Positions 1 to 8,688 of a stretch of 39,482 bases of DNA are shown piece after piece. A model generated the notes under the pieces. It ran no database searches and was not told the origin of the DNA. It was given only the letters and a program-made list of their open reading frames with translations. Each line of letters opens with the position of its first letter. The stretch's first letter is position 1. The translations under genes were made by a program, and so were the position numbers. Origin of the DNA: Planctomycetota bacterium (GTDB lineage: Bacteria; Planctomycetota; UBA1135); assembly GCA_028821845.1 (NCBI GenBank), contig JAPKEZ010000002.1, forward strand, positions 1-39,482, read 5' to 3'.

Positions 1-116
1 AGGTGAATCTAAGGCCCTGATTGTATTCTATTTAGGCCATTTAGCATGTATAAATCAGCAAAAAACGTGCCAACATTAGACATTGATGGCCCATATTGCA
101 TGTTATAGTCAATAGT

Positions 117-3041
117 ATGATTCTAACACTCATTCTCCTTGCTGCGACACAGCTTACTGGTAACGCGCAATTTGACGTCCAGGCCAACACTTTCACCAAC
201 AACCGCCAAACAGAAGCGAGCATCGCCACCAACTCACAGGGAAATGTTTTGGCCGTCTGGGGTTCAAGGCGCCAAGAACAAGGCTCTTTTGGTGTATTCG
301 CACAATACCTCGACCCACTAGGGCGCCCTATTGGCACTGAAATTCACGTCAATCAGTACCTCCCTCGCGAGCAGGCCAAGCCATCTGTTTTTATTGATGA
401 CAACGACGTTGCTTGGGTTTTTTGGCGCTCAATCGGGCAAGACGGTGCTGGCACTGAAGTTTACGGACGCCGTTTTGATGTGCGGAATCGCACATGTACC
501 GCACAGTCTGACGAATTTCGCGTGAATAGCGACATCGTTGGCAATCAGCGCGATGGCGTTTGTTGCGCCCTGCCTAACGGCAACATTATGGCTGCCTGGG
601 TAAGCGAAAAAAATAACGTAAATACACTTTTTGGGCGTATTTTCGACCATCAAGGGCAACCATTGAGTGAAGATTTTGTTCTACACTCAAACGATGGACG
701 AGGCCTTAATCTTGTTTCCTTAGCCCCCCACCCAAAAGGCGTTCTTGCCGCATGGGCCTGTACTGATCTGAGTGGATCGCCAGAGGGTATTCAGGGCAGT
801 CTAATAAACTTCGATGAGGCCCAAAACATGTCTCAAGAGTTGTTCTCGGCTCACGATGGCGCTTCGTCACTAGCTTTTGAGCCGTCCATTGACTCTGCAA
901 ATGACGGCTCTTTCGTCGTTAGCTGGATGAGCACCATCGATGGCAGCCAATTCGATGTCACCGCGCGTCGCTTTAATAGCGATCTCAGTCCTGCCGCTGA
1001 CGAGTTTATCGTGCCTGGAGCCAACAGTGACATGCGCTCAGGTGGACAAGTTGCAGTTGCTGCCAACGGCGAATTTGTTGTTGCCTACACAGCTCACCAA
1101 AACAAACTCTGGCGCGGCCCTGGACACCGCCCTGACGAGATGGCTTCTGTTTTTGCACAAAAGTACTCCGCCGACGGTGAACTTAATGGCGAAACACTCC
1201 GTCTAAACATTTTTGATGAGGGCGAGCAAAACTTGCAAGTCGGACACAACGGCAAACACCTACTTTGGTCATCGCAAGATCAAATCATCGCGGCATGGCA
1301 CGGTAACACTGGCACCGACCATCGCGCAGTTGGCCTCAGCTTTGTAGTACCAGAATCACTGCAGCCAGAAAAACCAGAAGCAGTAGTTGCCCGCGCCGCC
1401 GGCTCCGACCTAGAGCTAAGCGACGTTTATGGTAATGAAGCTAAACCTGTTTACGACCCATTCTTTGTCGCACCAGCACCGACTACCCCACCGATGGCTC
1501 TCGGCGGCACCGGCGGTTTCCAAGCATTCAGCTCAACAGGCTGGACACCACCTGACCCTGATTTAGCAGTTGGCCCCAACCATATAGTTGCCGTAGTAAA
1601 TGGCGGCATTCGTATTTTTGACAAGAGTGGTAATCAAAGTTATTCCAATAGCCTTGTGAGTTTCTGGAGCTCAGTAGGCGCCGGAGGGTTCGTTTTTGAC
1701 CCGGTCGCTTTATATGATACGCACACTCAACGCTATGTTGTCGCTGCAGCCGATGGTGCCGGAACCAACGACGCTATTTGTATCGCTATATCTGACGACA
1801 ACGATCCGAATGGCACATGGCATAAATACCGCTTCCCTGTAACTTCGACTTGCGTGTTCCTTGATTTCCCGAACATGGGTGTCAACAAAGATGCACTATT
1901 CTTAGCAGGCGATTGTTTTAGCGGCGGCGGCAACAGAATTTTCATGTGGGATATGAGCAAACTAATCAACGGCTCTTCAGTCACCATGAAGCAAAAGCAG
2001 TGCTCAACTAGCACACAATCTCTTGGTGCAACAAAAAATTACGACGCTACAAGCACCGCCGCTTACTTTGGCACAACTTACGCTGGCAGTTCGACTCAAA
2101 TTATGTTGCGCGCAATTACAGACCCAAATGGTAGTCCGGTTTTACACAGCAAATACCTGTCAGTGCCATCATATAGCTTTCCACCAAATGCCAGTCAAAT
2201 GGGAACCTCTAATCAAGCTTCAACCATCGACTACCGCATCAAAAGCGGAGTGGTACGCAATGACACACTGTGGTTGTGTCACAATACTGCTAACAACAAT
2301 GCCTGTCAGGTGCGCTGGTATGAAATCGACTTAAACGGTTGGCCGACATCAGGCTCATACCCGTCATTGGCGCAATCAGGAACCCTCAATTATGGTAGCG
2401 GACAACACACTTGGTTTGGAGACATCAACGTTAGCGCAAGTGGCGCCGCGGCTATTTCATTCTCACGTTCATCGTCATCGCAATACATTAGCATTGAATC
2501 GGCCCTCCGCACTGCTTCTGACCCAACCGGAACTTTTCGTTCACCAGAACTTTTACAGTCTAGTACTTCACCAGAAACTGGCAGTCGCTGGGGAGATTAC
2601 TCGGGACTCGAAGAAGATCCAGCTATCCCGGGAAAATACTGGAGCCACAACGAATTCAGAACATCAGGATGGCGTACCTGGATCGGTGAATTTGAATTAC
2701 CACACGACTTAGATTTAAGTGTTAGCTCAATCGCCGCTGGCGGACTATCTGCATTCACTGCCACCAATGGCACTGTTGGAGAAAACATTTACTTCTTAGT
2801 ATCGCTCAACTCTGGTGCCTATGCCCCGCCGCAACTCGGGGGGCTGGCTCTTGACCTAGCGCAACCGATTTATCATGTTGGCACAACCAGCGTAAACGCT
2901 TTTGGCATAGCTGGAATTAATGTCAGCATCCCGTCTAATGCACCCGTTGGTGCAACAGCTTATGTGCAGGCAGTTGCCAAGCGTGGCGTGGGCGGCAACG
3001 CCTCGGTTAAGTCTAACTTAGTAGCCGAAGTGATTAACTAG
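117..3041 (+). CDS. Large secreted multidomain protein: about 7 N-terminal repeats, a central PPDPxxAVG...WGDY domain and a C-terminal beta domain
   Basis: ORF 96..3041; ATG 117 preferred because it gives the hydrophobic N-terminus MILTLILLAATQL and lies 7 nt after TGtTATAGT. Repeats such as EFRVN..Q..P.V....G.FVV.W.S. Central motifs PPDPDLAVGPNHIV, FDP..LYD and RWGDYSG. Confidence 0.8.
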   Translation: MILTLILLAATQLTGNAQFDVQANTFTNNRQTEASIATNSQGNVLAVWGSRRQEQGSFGVFAQYLDPLGRPIGTEIHVNQYLPREQAKPSVFIDDNDVAWVFWRSIGQDGAGTEVYGRRFDVRNRTCTAQSDEFRVNSDIVGNQRDGVCCALPNGNIMAAWVSEKNNVNTLFGRIFDHQGQPLSEDFVLHSNDGRGLNLVSLAPHPKGVLAAWACTDLSGSPEGIQGSLINFDEAQNMSQELFSAHDGASSLAFEPSIDSANDGSFVVSWMSTIDGSQFDVTARRFNSDLSPAADEFIVPGANSDMRSGGQVAVAANGEFVVAYTAHQNKLWRGPGHRPDEMASVFAQKYSADGELNGETLRLNIFDEGEQNLQVGHNGKHLLWSSQDQIIAAWHGNTGTDHRAVGLSFVVPESLQPEKPEAVVARAAGSDLELSDVYGNEAKPVYDPFFVAPAPTTPPMALGGTGGFQAFSSTGWTPPDPDLAVGPNHIVAVVNGGIRIFDKSGNQSYSNSLVSFWSSVGAGGFVFDPVALYDTHTQRYVVAAADGAGTNDAICIAISDDNDPNGTWHKYRFPVTSTCVFLDFPNMGVNKDALFLAGDCFSGGGNRIFMWDMSKLINGSSVTMKQKQCSTSTQSLGATKNYDATSTAAYFGTTYAGSSTQIMLRAITDPNGSPVLHSKYLSVPSYSFPPNASQMGTSNQASTIDYRIKSGVVRNDTLWLCHNTANNNACQVRWYEIDLNGWPTSGSYPSLAQSGTLNYGSGQHTWFGDINVSASGAAAISFSRSSSSQYISIESALRTASDPTGTFRSPELLQSSTSPETGSRWGDYSGLEEDPAIPGKYWSHNEFRTSGWRTWIGEFELPHDLDLSVSSIAAGGLSAFTATNGTVGENIYFLVSLNSGAYAPPQLGGLALDLAQPIYHVGTTSVNAFGIAGINVSIPSNAPVGATAYVQAVAKRGVGGNASVKSNLVAEVIN

Positions 3042-3697
3042 TATGTCTTTGCTTTAATCTGCAGCGACATATGCCGATCGGAATCTGTAACAATTTTGTA
3101 ATTACGGATTCCGATTTCTTCTGCAAGAGCATCCAGCTCGTCCTGACGTAGTGCGGCACATAACGAGGCGTAAAATAAATCTTTAGCGTGTTGTGATTCT
3201 TCGCCGGCATACATTTCTACCAATTCGCTGGCGCGTTGCTCACTATCGGGGCGAAACAGATCTCGAATCAACAGCATGCCTCCTGGCTTTAACACGCGCC
3301 ATGCTTCGCGCAAAAAATCGATTGGATCAGGAATGTGATGCAAAATAGAATTCGAAAACACACTGTCAAAGCTGTTGTCATCGGAGCCGATACCTTTAGC
3401 ATCAGCATGCACGAACTCGACTTGTTCACCATTGGCGCATTCTTTTTGATGCTCAAGAGCGGCTAATAGCATATTCTTAGAAAGATCAAGCGCCACCACA
3501 TCAACGTGTGGACATTCGGTCACCAATTGCAACGGAATATGACCAGGGCCACAACCTATATCAAGGCACAAGCCATCGACGCCCAGTGTTTTCAAGCGCG
3601 CAATGAACAAATCGTTCACCGCACTGTGGTCCATGGCGTCGTAGGTGGCTGCATCTTCTGCAGTATCCATAACTTCGGGTTCAAGTACGCGTTGCAT
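3038..3697 (-). CDS. Class I SAM-dependent methyltransferase
   Basis: Motifs LDIGCGPG, ALDLSKNML, ADA, SNSILHH and VLKPGG. Start moved to ATG 3697 (MQRVLEPEVMDT) to avoid overlap with the divergent gene. Confidence 0.9.
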   Translation of the reverse strand: MQRVLEPEVMDTAEDAATYDAMDHSAVNDLFIARLKTLGVDGLCLDIGCGPGHIPLQLVTECPHVDVVALDLSKNMLLAALEHQKECANGEQVEFVHADAKGIGSDDNSFDSVFSNSILHHIPDPIDFLREAWRVLKPGGMLLIRDLFRPDSEQRASELVEMYAGEESQHAKDLFYASLCAALRQDELDALAEEIGIRNYKIVTDSDRHMSLQIKAKTY

Positions 3698-3731
3698 GAG
3701 CATAGAATACTGTTCCCCCACACTTAGAACG

Positions 3732-4442
3732 ATGAAACTAGTCACCATCTCTCGCGATTTAGCTACGGCTTGCAATCAACTCGATTTCCCCGAACCCGTT
3801 ACGCATGTATACAACCCACTGCAATACGCGCGCGCGCCACATGAAAAATTCTTGCGTAAATACGGGCGCAAGAAGCCGTCGGCAATTTTATTGGGGATGA
3901 ACCCCGGACCTTGGGGCATGGCGCAAACCGGCGTTCCCTTTGGCGAGATTGCTGCCGCCCGTGATTTCCTTAACGTCGCTGGCCGAGTAAAACAGCCTGA
4001 CTTGATTCACCCCAAACGCCCCATTGAAGGCTTCGGCTGTCAACGCAGTGAAGTTAGTGGACGACGCTTATGGGGGTGGGTCGCCGATCGTTTCGAATCC
4101 GCCGACGCCTTCGCTGATTACTATTATGTATGCAATTACTGCCCACTCGTTTTCATGGAAGGAGGCGGCCGTAATTTTACTCCTGACAAATTAAAAGCCG
4201 CCAAACGCGACGAGCTATTTTCTATTTGTGACGACGCCTTGCGCAAAACCGTCGACTACTTAAAACCTGAATGGGTTATCGGTATTGGTAAGTTCGCAGA
4301 ATCACGCGCGGCAAAAACTTTGGCCGACTACGATGTTAAAATCGGTACCATCTTGCACCCCTCTCCTGCCAGCCCCATGGCCAATCGTGGATGGCAACCG
4401 TACATCGAAAAACAATTAACCGCCCTCGGTTTACCAAATTAA
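3732..4442 (+). CDS. smug1: SMUG1-like (UDG family 3) single-strand-selective uracil-DNA glycosylase
   Basis: Motifs VYNPL.YA, GMNPGPWGMAQTGVPFG, SEVSG.R.W, NYCPL and HPSPASP. ATG at 3732. Confidence 0.92.
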   Translation: MKLVTISRDLATACNQLDFPEPVTHVYNPLQYARAPHEKFLRKYGRKKPSAILLGMNPGPWGMAQTGVPFGEIAAARDFLNVAGRVKQPDLIHPKRPIEGFGCQRSEVSGRRLWGWVADRFESADAFADYYYVCNYCPLVFMEGGGRNFTPDKLKAAKRDELFSICDDALRKTVDYLKPEWVIGIGKFAESRAAKTLADYDVKIGTILHPSPASPMANRGWQPYIEKQLTALGLPN

Positions 4443-4443
4443 C

Positions 4444-5217
4444 ATGCGCATTATCAGTTTAAATATGAATGGCATTCGTGCCGCCGAACGCAAAGGTTTT
4501 TACCCGTGGCTAGAGAAACAAAATGCCGATGTGATTTGTTTGCAAGAAACCAGAATTCAGCAACATCAACTCACAGAGCAAATGCTCAAGCCAAAAGGAA
4601 TGCACAGTTTTTTTAACTGCGCCGAACGCCCTGGCTATTCGGGGGTCGCCATCTACAGCAAGGAAAAACCAACTCGGGTGCATGTTGGGATAGGCTGGGC
4701 GCCCTTCGACGCTGAAGGCCGAATGATTCGCCTCGATTTCGGGCAAACATCTGTAATTTCACTATATTTACCGTCTGGTTCGTCAAAAGATTCGCGGCAA
4801 GTCTTCAAATATCAGTGCATGGATAAGATTAAAGAGTACATGGACTCGATTGCCAAAACGCGACGCAGAGTAGTCATGTGCGGCGATTGGAATATCGCGC
4901 ATACTGAAAAAGACCTTAAGAACTGGCGCGGCAACAAGAAAAACTCTGGATTCTTACCCGAGGAGCGCGCGTGGATGACGTCCTTATTTGCTGAGAACAA
5001 GTGGCGTGACAACTTTAGAGACTTGTATCCCGACGTGGAGGGTGATGGATATACATGGTGGTCAAATCGGGGGAACGCTTTCGCCAACAATACTGGGTGG
5101 CGCATCGATTACCAGATATGCACTTCCAACATTGCAAAAAAAGCCGTGAGTTCAGGGGTTTTTAAGGATGAAAGATTTTCTGACCATGCCCCATTAATTG
5201 CAGACTATGCGCTATAG
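4444..5217 (+). CDS. xth: Exodeoxyribonuclease III / AP endonuclease
   Basis: Motifs N.NGIRAA, LQE, GYSGVA, EGR, GDWNIAH, YTWWS.R, GWRIDY and SDHAP. Confidence 0.95.
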   Translation: MRIISLNMNGIRAAERKGFYPWLEKQNADVICLQETRIQQHQLTEQMLKPKGMHSFFNCAERPGYSGVAIYSKEKPTRVHVGIGWAPFDAEGRMIRLDFGQTSVISLYLPSGSSKDSRQVFKYQCMDKIKEYMDSIAKTRRRVVMCGDWNIAHTEKDLKNWRGNKKNSGFLPEERAWMTSLFAENKWRDNFRDLYPDVEGDGYTWWSNRGNAFANNTGWRIDYQICTSNIAKKAVSSGVFKDERFSDHAPLIADYAL

Positions 5218-5225
5218 TGAAAGTC

Positions 5226-6173
5226 ATGAAATTTCCCCTTCCGCTCATCTTTGTTCTTGCTGCATCACCTCTTGCCGCGCAGAACGTTCAATTTTCTAGC
5301 CAGTTAGACCAGCCAAACAATGTCATCGGTTGGGACGTAACCTCAAGCCTTGGTACTATTAATGTTTCCCCTAGCACTTTCAAGATGGGAGGAACCTTTG
5401 ATTTTATGCTGGATTCAGTAAATAGCCCATTTCAGTCTGGGTCTTTCAATGGGGGCTTAACTTACACGAACCCAACAACATTGCACGGAGAGATGCCCAA
5501 CCCATTTCCTTTCTTGCCGCCTTTAGCTGAATTTGATATATACAATCTAGAAATGGCCTATTCGGCCCCATCCTTTGCTATTGATCCTAATACAGGTGAC
5601 TTTTCTGCAACCGCTACCTTCGTAGTAACTAAGGGCGACTTTGAAATGTCAGGAATACTCGGGAACTCTAGTAACTCTCTAGCCGGCACTACCGGTATTC
5701 CGACAGTGATATATGGCACAGTAAGTCAAAATGGCAGCATTATTAGCATGTGGTTTGACATGACTCTCTCTATCAGTGTCACTGACCCCGGCTCAGGCAT
5801 CACGGTCGGAGTTGCTTTCACTGGTGATGTTGAATCATTCGTGTCAACTTCCGATGCTAACAGCATGCACATTGATGTGCCTTACGGACTCGCTGCTGGT
5901 GCAACGAATACGATACAGTTCTCAAATGGCACTCCCAACGGTACTATTTACCTTGCAGGCTCTGCTCGAGGTCGTGGAACATTCTCGATACCTTCATTCG
6001 GCGTCGATCTTGGCCTGAGCAATCCACGACACGCTGCAACTGCAAATGCCGACATGAACGGCAATGGAAGCTTTAGCCTTTACGTCCCAGCAAGCTTTCT
6101 TGGTTTATCAGTACTGTTCCAGGCTGTTGAGCCGGGCAGCGTATCAAACGCCGCTGGTACATACATCGAGTAA
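5226..6173 (+). CDS. Secreted beta-rich hypothetical protein with conserved C-terminal domain
   Basis: Signal peptide MKFPLPLIFVLAASPLAA|Q. The C-terminal ~100 aa resembles the C-terminus of 117..3041. Confidence 0.8.
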   Translation: MKFPLPLIFVLAASPLAAQNVQFSSQLDQPNNVIGWDVTSSLGTINVSPSTFKMGGTFDFMLDSVNSPFQSGSFNGGLTYTNPTTLHGEMPNPFPFLPPLAEFDIYNLEMAYSAPSFAIDPNTGDFSATATFVVTKGDFEMSGILGNSSNSLAGTTGIPTVIYGTVSQNGSIISMWFDMTLSISVTDPGSGITVGVAFTGDVESFVSTSDANSMHIDVPYGLAAGATNTIQFSNGTPNGTIYLAGSARGRGTFSIPSFGVDLGLSNPRHAATANADMNGNGSFSLYVPASFLGLSVLFQAVEPGSVSNAAGTYIE

Positions 6174-6189
6174 GAGTGCCCGCCATACG

Positions 6190-6234
6190 ACAAGAAGGCT
6201 CCGTCAACATGTTTGGCGGAGCCTTCTTGTTTTT
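6190..6234 (+). terminator. Rho-independent terminator
   Basis: 14-bp perfect stem ACAAGAAGGCTCCG (6190-6203) / CGGAGCCTTCTTGT (6217-6230), followed by a T run, 16 nt after the stop at 6173. Confidence 0.9.
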
Positions 6235-6247
6235 GTAAACTATGTCA

Positions 6248-7225
6248 ATGTTGATTTCAATAATCCTTGCTTCGTTTACACAACTGCAATCTCCGGCATA
6301 CGACCACGTAATTCTTATAAGTGTCGACGGACTACGCTCTGATGCACTATTAACAGATCAGGCTAAGTCTTTTCACAACTTCCAGCGCTTACTAACTGGC
6401 GCCTACACGCTAAATGGTCGAACCGACTGCGATTTCACGGTCACTTTGCCTAATCATATTGGCATGCTTACTTCTCGTTTAACAAATGGGGATGGCGGCC
6501 ATCATTACACGGCAAATAGTACACCCCCCGAAGAAGCCCGCTTGATTGACACTGATGGCAAAATAATTGATAGCGTCTTCACTATCACCGCTGCTGCCAA
6601 AGTGCATTCGTCGCTAGTGGCATCAAAGGAAAAGTTTATCTTATTCAAACAAAGCTACGGCGACATGATTGATGACTACTTTATCGACTCAAATGGCGAT
6701 AAGGAAATTGTTCACTTACTCAATGACTTAAAAGACCATGCGCAGCAACGCACATTCAACTTTATCCATTTCTTACACCCTGACGTCGCCGGTCATTCTC
6801 ATGGATGGAACTTGTCTCCTGATTCGAAATATATGCAATCAGTAGCTGATGTCGATGCTTTACTAGGAGATCTTTTTGATTACCTCGATGCCAATCCCGA
6901 ATACGCTAAGCGTACAGCGATTGTATTGACCGCCGACCACGGTGGCGGCGCGCCGCATCACAATCATCATGGCATTGGTCACTTATCGATTAATTACGTC
7001 ATTCCGTTCATAACTTGGACTGGAGACGGTCAAGCTAAGGCTGACCTAATAGACCTCAACTTTGCCACCCACCGTGACCCGGGTATAGACGACCCGCGCC
7101 CGCAAATTGGGCAGCTGCCTGTTATCCGCAACGCCGATGCCGGGAACTTATGCTTATCTCTTTTAGGTATGCCTCCGATTGCAAATTCAACGCGCAACAC
7201 GCAACAGAGCATCGTAATTAAATAA
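6248..7225 (+). CDS. Alkaline phosphatase superfamily nucleotide pyrophosphatase/phosphodiesterase, probably exported
   Basis: Motifs ISVDGLRSD, TVTLPNH (Thr nucleophile), PDVAGH.HGW and TADHGG. Start is 6242 or 6248. Confidence 0.85.
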   Translation: MLISIILASFTQLQSPAYDHVILISVDGLRSDALLTDQAKSFHNFQRLLTGAYTLNGRTDCDFTVTLPNHIGMLTSRLTNGDGGHHYTANSTPPEEARLIDTDGKIIDSVFTITAAAKVHSSLVASKEKFILFKQSYGDMIDDYFIDSNGDKEIVHLLNDLKDHAQQRTFNFIHFLHPDVAGHSHGWNLSPDSKYMQSVADVDALLGDLFDYLDANPEYAKRTAIVLTADHGGGAPHHNHHGIGHLSINYVIPFITWTGDGQAKADLIDLNFATHRDPGIDDPRPQIGQLPVIRNADAGNLCLSLLGMPPIANSTRNTQQSIVIK

Positions 7226-8688
7226 TGCGAGACGCCATCCTCGCTATAGATCAGGGAACGACCTCGTCGCGAGTTGTTCTTTTTGGTCTTGACGGCGAAG
7301 TCCTTCAATTTTTTCAGCACGAGTTTGCGAGTAGTTACCCGCAAAGTGGCTGGGTTGAGCAAGATGCTAATTCGATATGGGAGGATGTCTTTAGATTGTG
7401 TAGCGAAGCTGTTGCATATGCTAGCCTCAATGATTTACGAATCGATTCTATGGGCATCACGAATCAAAGAGAGACTGTTGTTTTCTTTGACAAAACCACT
7501 CAGCTCGCCCTTTCTCCGGCGATTGTTTGGCAAGATCGCCGGACTACAGAAGCCTGCCGCAAGCTCATAGATGCTGGACGCAGCGAGTTTGTAAAGCAGC
7601 GTACTGGGTTGGTAATTGATCCCTATTTTTCAGCGAGCAAAATTGAGTGGGGCCTAAAACACGATAGTAAAGTTCAAGAGGCGTTGGCTAATCAAAATTT
7701 AGGCGTCGCCACTATCGATAGCTGGTTGCTATACAAATTAACCTATGGCAAGCTGCACGCTACCGATTCGTCTAACGCCTCGCGAACAATGTTGTTTGAC
7801 ATAGTCGAACACCGTTGGTGCGAGGAGCTACTCGCGCTGTTCGATGTTCCGCAAGAAATATTACCACGAGTCATGAACTCGATTGACGATTATGGGTCAA
7901 CCGCCGATGGATTATTTGACATAACTATACCTATATGCGCACTGATTGGTGACCAGCAGTCGGCAGCCATTGGCCAAAACTGTCTCACTAAAGGTGATGG
8001 CAAATGCACTCTAGGCACGGGTGCTTTTGCCATGCAAAACATCGGCAACGAATTCTGTATAAACGGTAACGGGTTGTTAACAACAATTTTATTCAGCTAC
8101 AAAGGCACTATTACCTACGCCACCGAGGGCAGTGTTTTTTCAAGTGGCAGCACAATGCAGTGGTTACGCGATTCGCTCGGCATCATCAATCATCCTCGCG
8201 ATAGTGAAAAAATTTCCGCCAGCATCGACGGCACTGGTGGGGTCTACTTAGTACCGGCATTCAACGGACTTGCCGCACCGCATTGGAGTCCCGATGCGCG
8301 CGCAATGATGGTTGGTATCAGCAACAAAACCACACGCAAAGAAATCGTCCGCGCAGCGCTCGAAGCTGTCAGTTATCAATGTCATGACATTTTCTCTGGT
8401 GACCTACCAGAGTCATTGAAAGTCGATGGCGGTATGTCCGCAAACGATTGGCTGTTGCAGCACCTTGCCGATATTTTGCAATGCCGCGTGGTGCGGGCCG
8501 CCAACCTTGAAGCATCCGCCTGGGGAGCTGCACGTTGCGCTGCCATTGGGCACGGCTTATTAGACCTAGCTAGTGACGTTACAATAAGCGGCGACAGCTT
8601 CACTCCAATGATGAAAAAGGACGAGCGGCAACAACTATTAGCAGGCTGGTACGCCGCTGTCGACAGCTGTATCAAACTAAATGCCTAA
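7225..8688 (+). CDS. glpK: Glycerol kinase
   Basis: Motifs AIDQGTTSSR, GITNQRET, AIVWQDRRT, IDPYFSASK, GDQQSA and VDGG. Confidence 0.93.
   Translation: MRDAILAIDQGTTSSRVVLFGLDGEVLQFFQHEFASSYPQSGWVEQDANSIWEDVFRLCSEAVAYASLNDLRIDSMGITNQRETVVFFDKTTQLALSPAIVWQDRRTTEACRKLIDAGRSEFVKQRTGLVIDPYFSASKIEWGLKHDSKVQEALANQNLGVATIDSWLLYKLTYGKLHATDSSNASRTMLFDIVEHRWCEELLALFDVPQEILPRVMNSIDDYGSTADGLFDITIPICALIGDQQSAAIGQNCLTKGDGKCTLGTGAFAMQNIGNEFCINGNGLLTTILFSYKGTITYATEGSVFSSGSTMQWLRDSLGIINHPRDSEKISASIDGTGGVYLVPAFNGLAAPHWSPDARAMMVGISNKTTRKEIVRAALEAVSYQCHDIFSGDLPESLKVDGGMSANDWLLQHLADILQCRVVRAANLEASAWGAARCAAIGHGLLDLASDVTISGDSFTPMMKKDERQQLLAGWYAAVDSCIKLNA

Noticed and set aside
3698-3775. Long head-to-head overlap between the methyltransferase (3775) and SMUG1 (3645) ORFs in the track
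   Set aside because: It is an artefact of longest-ORF start choice. Family-typical N-termini begin at 3697 and 3732.
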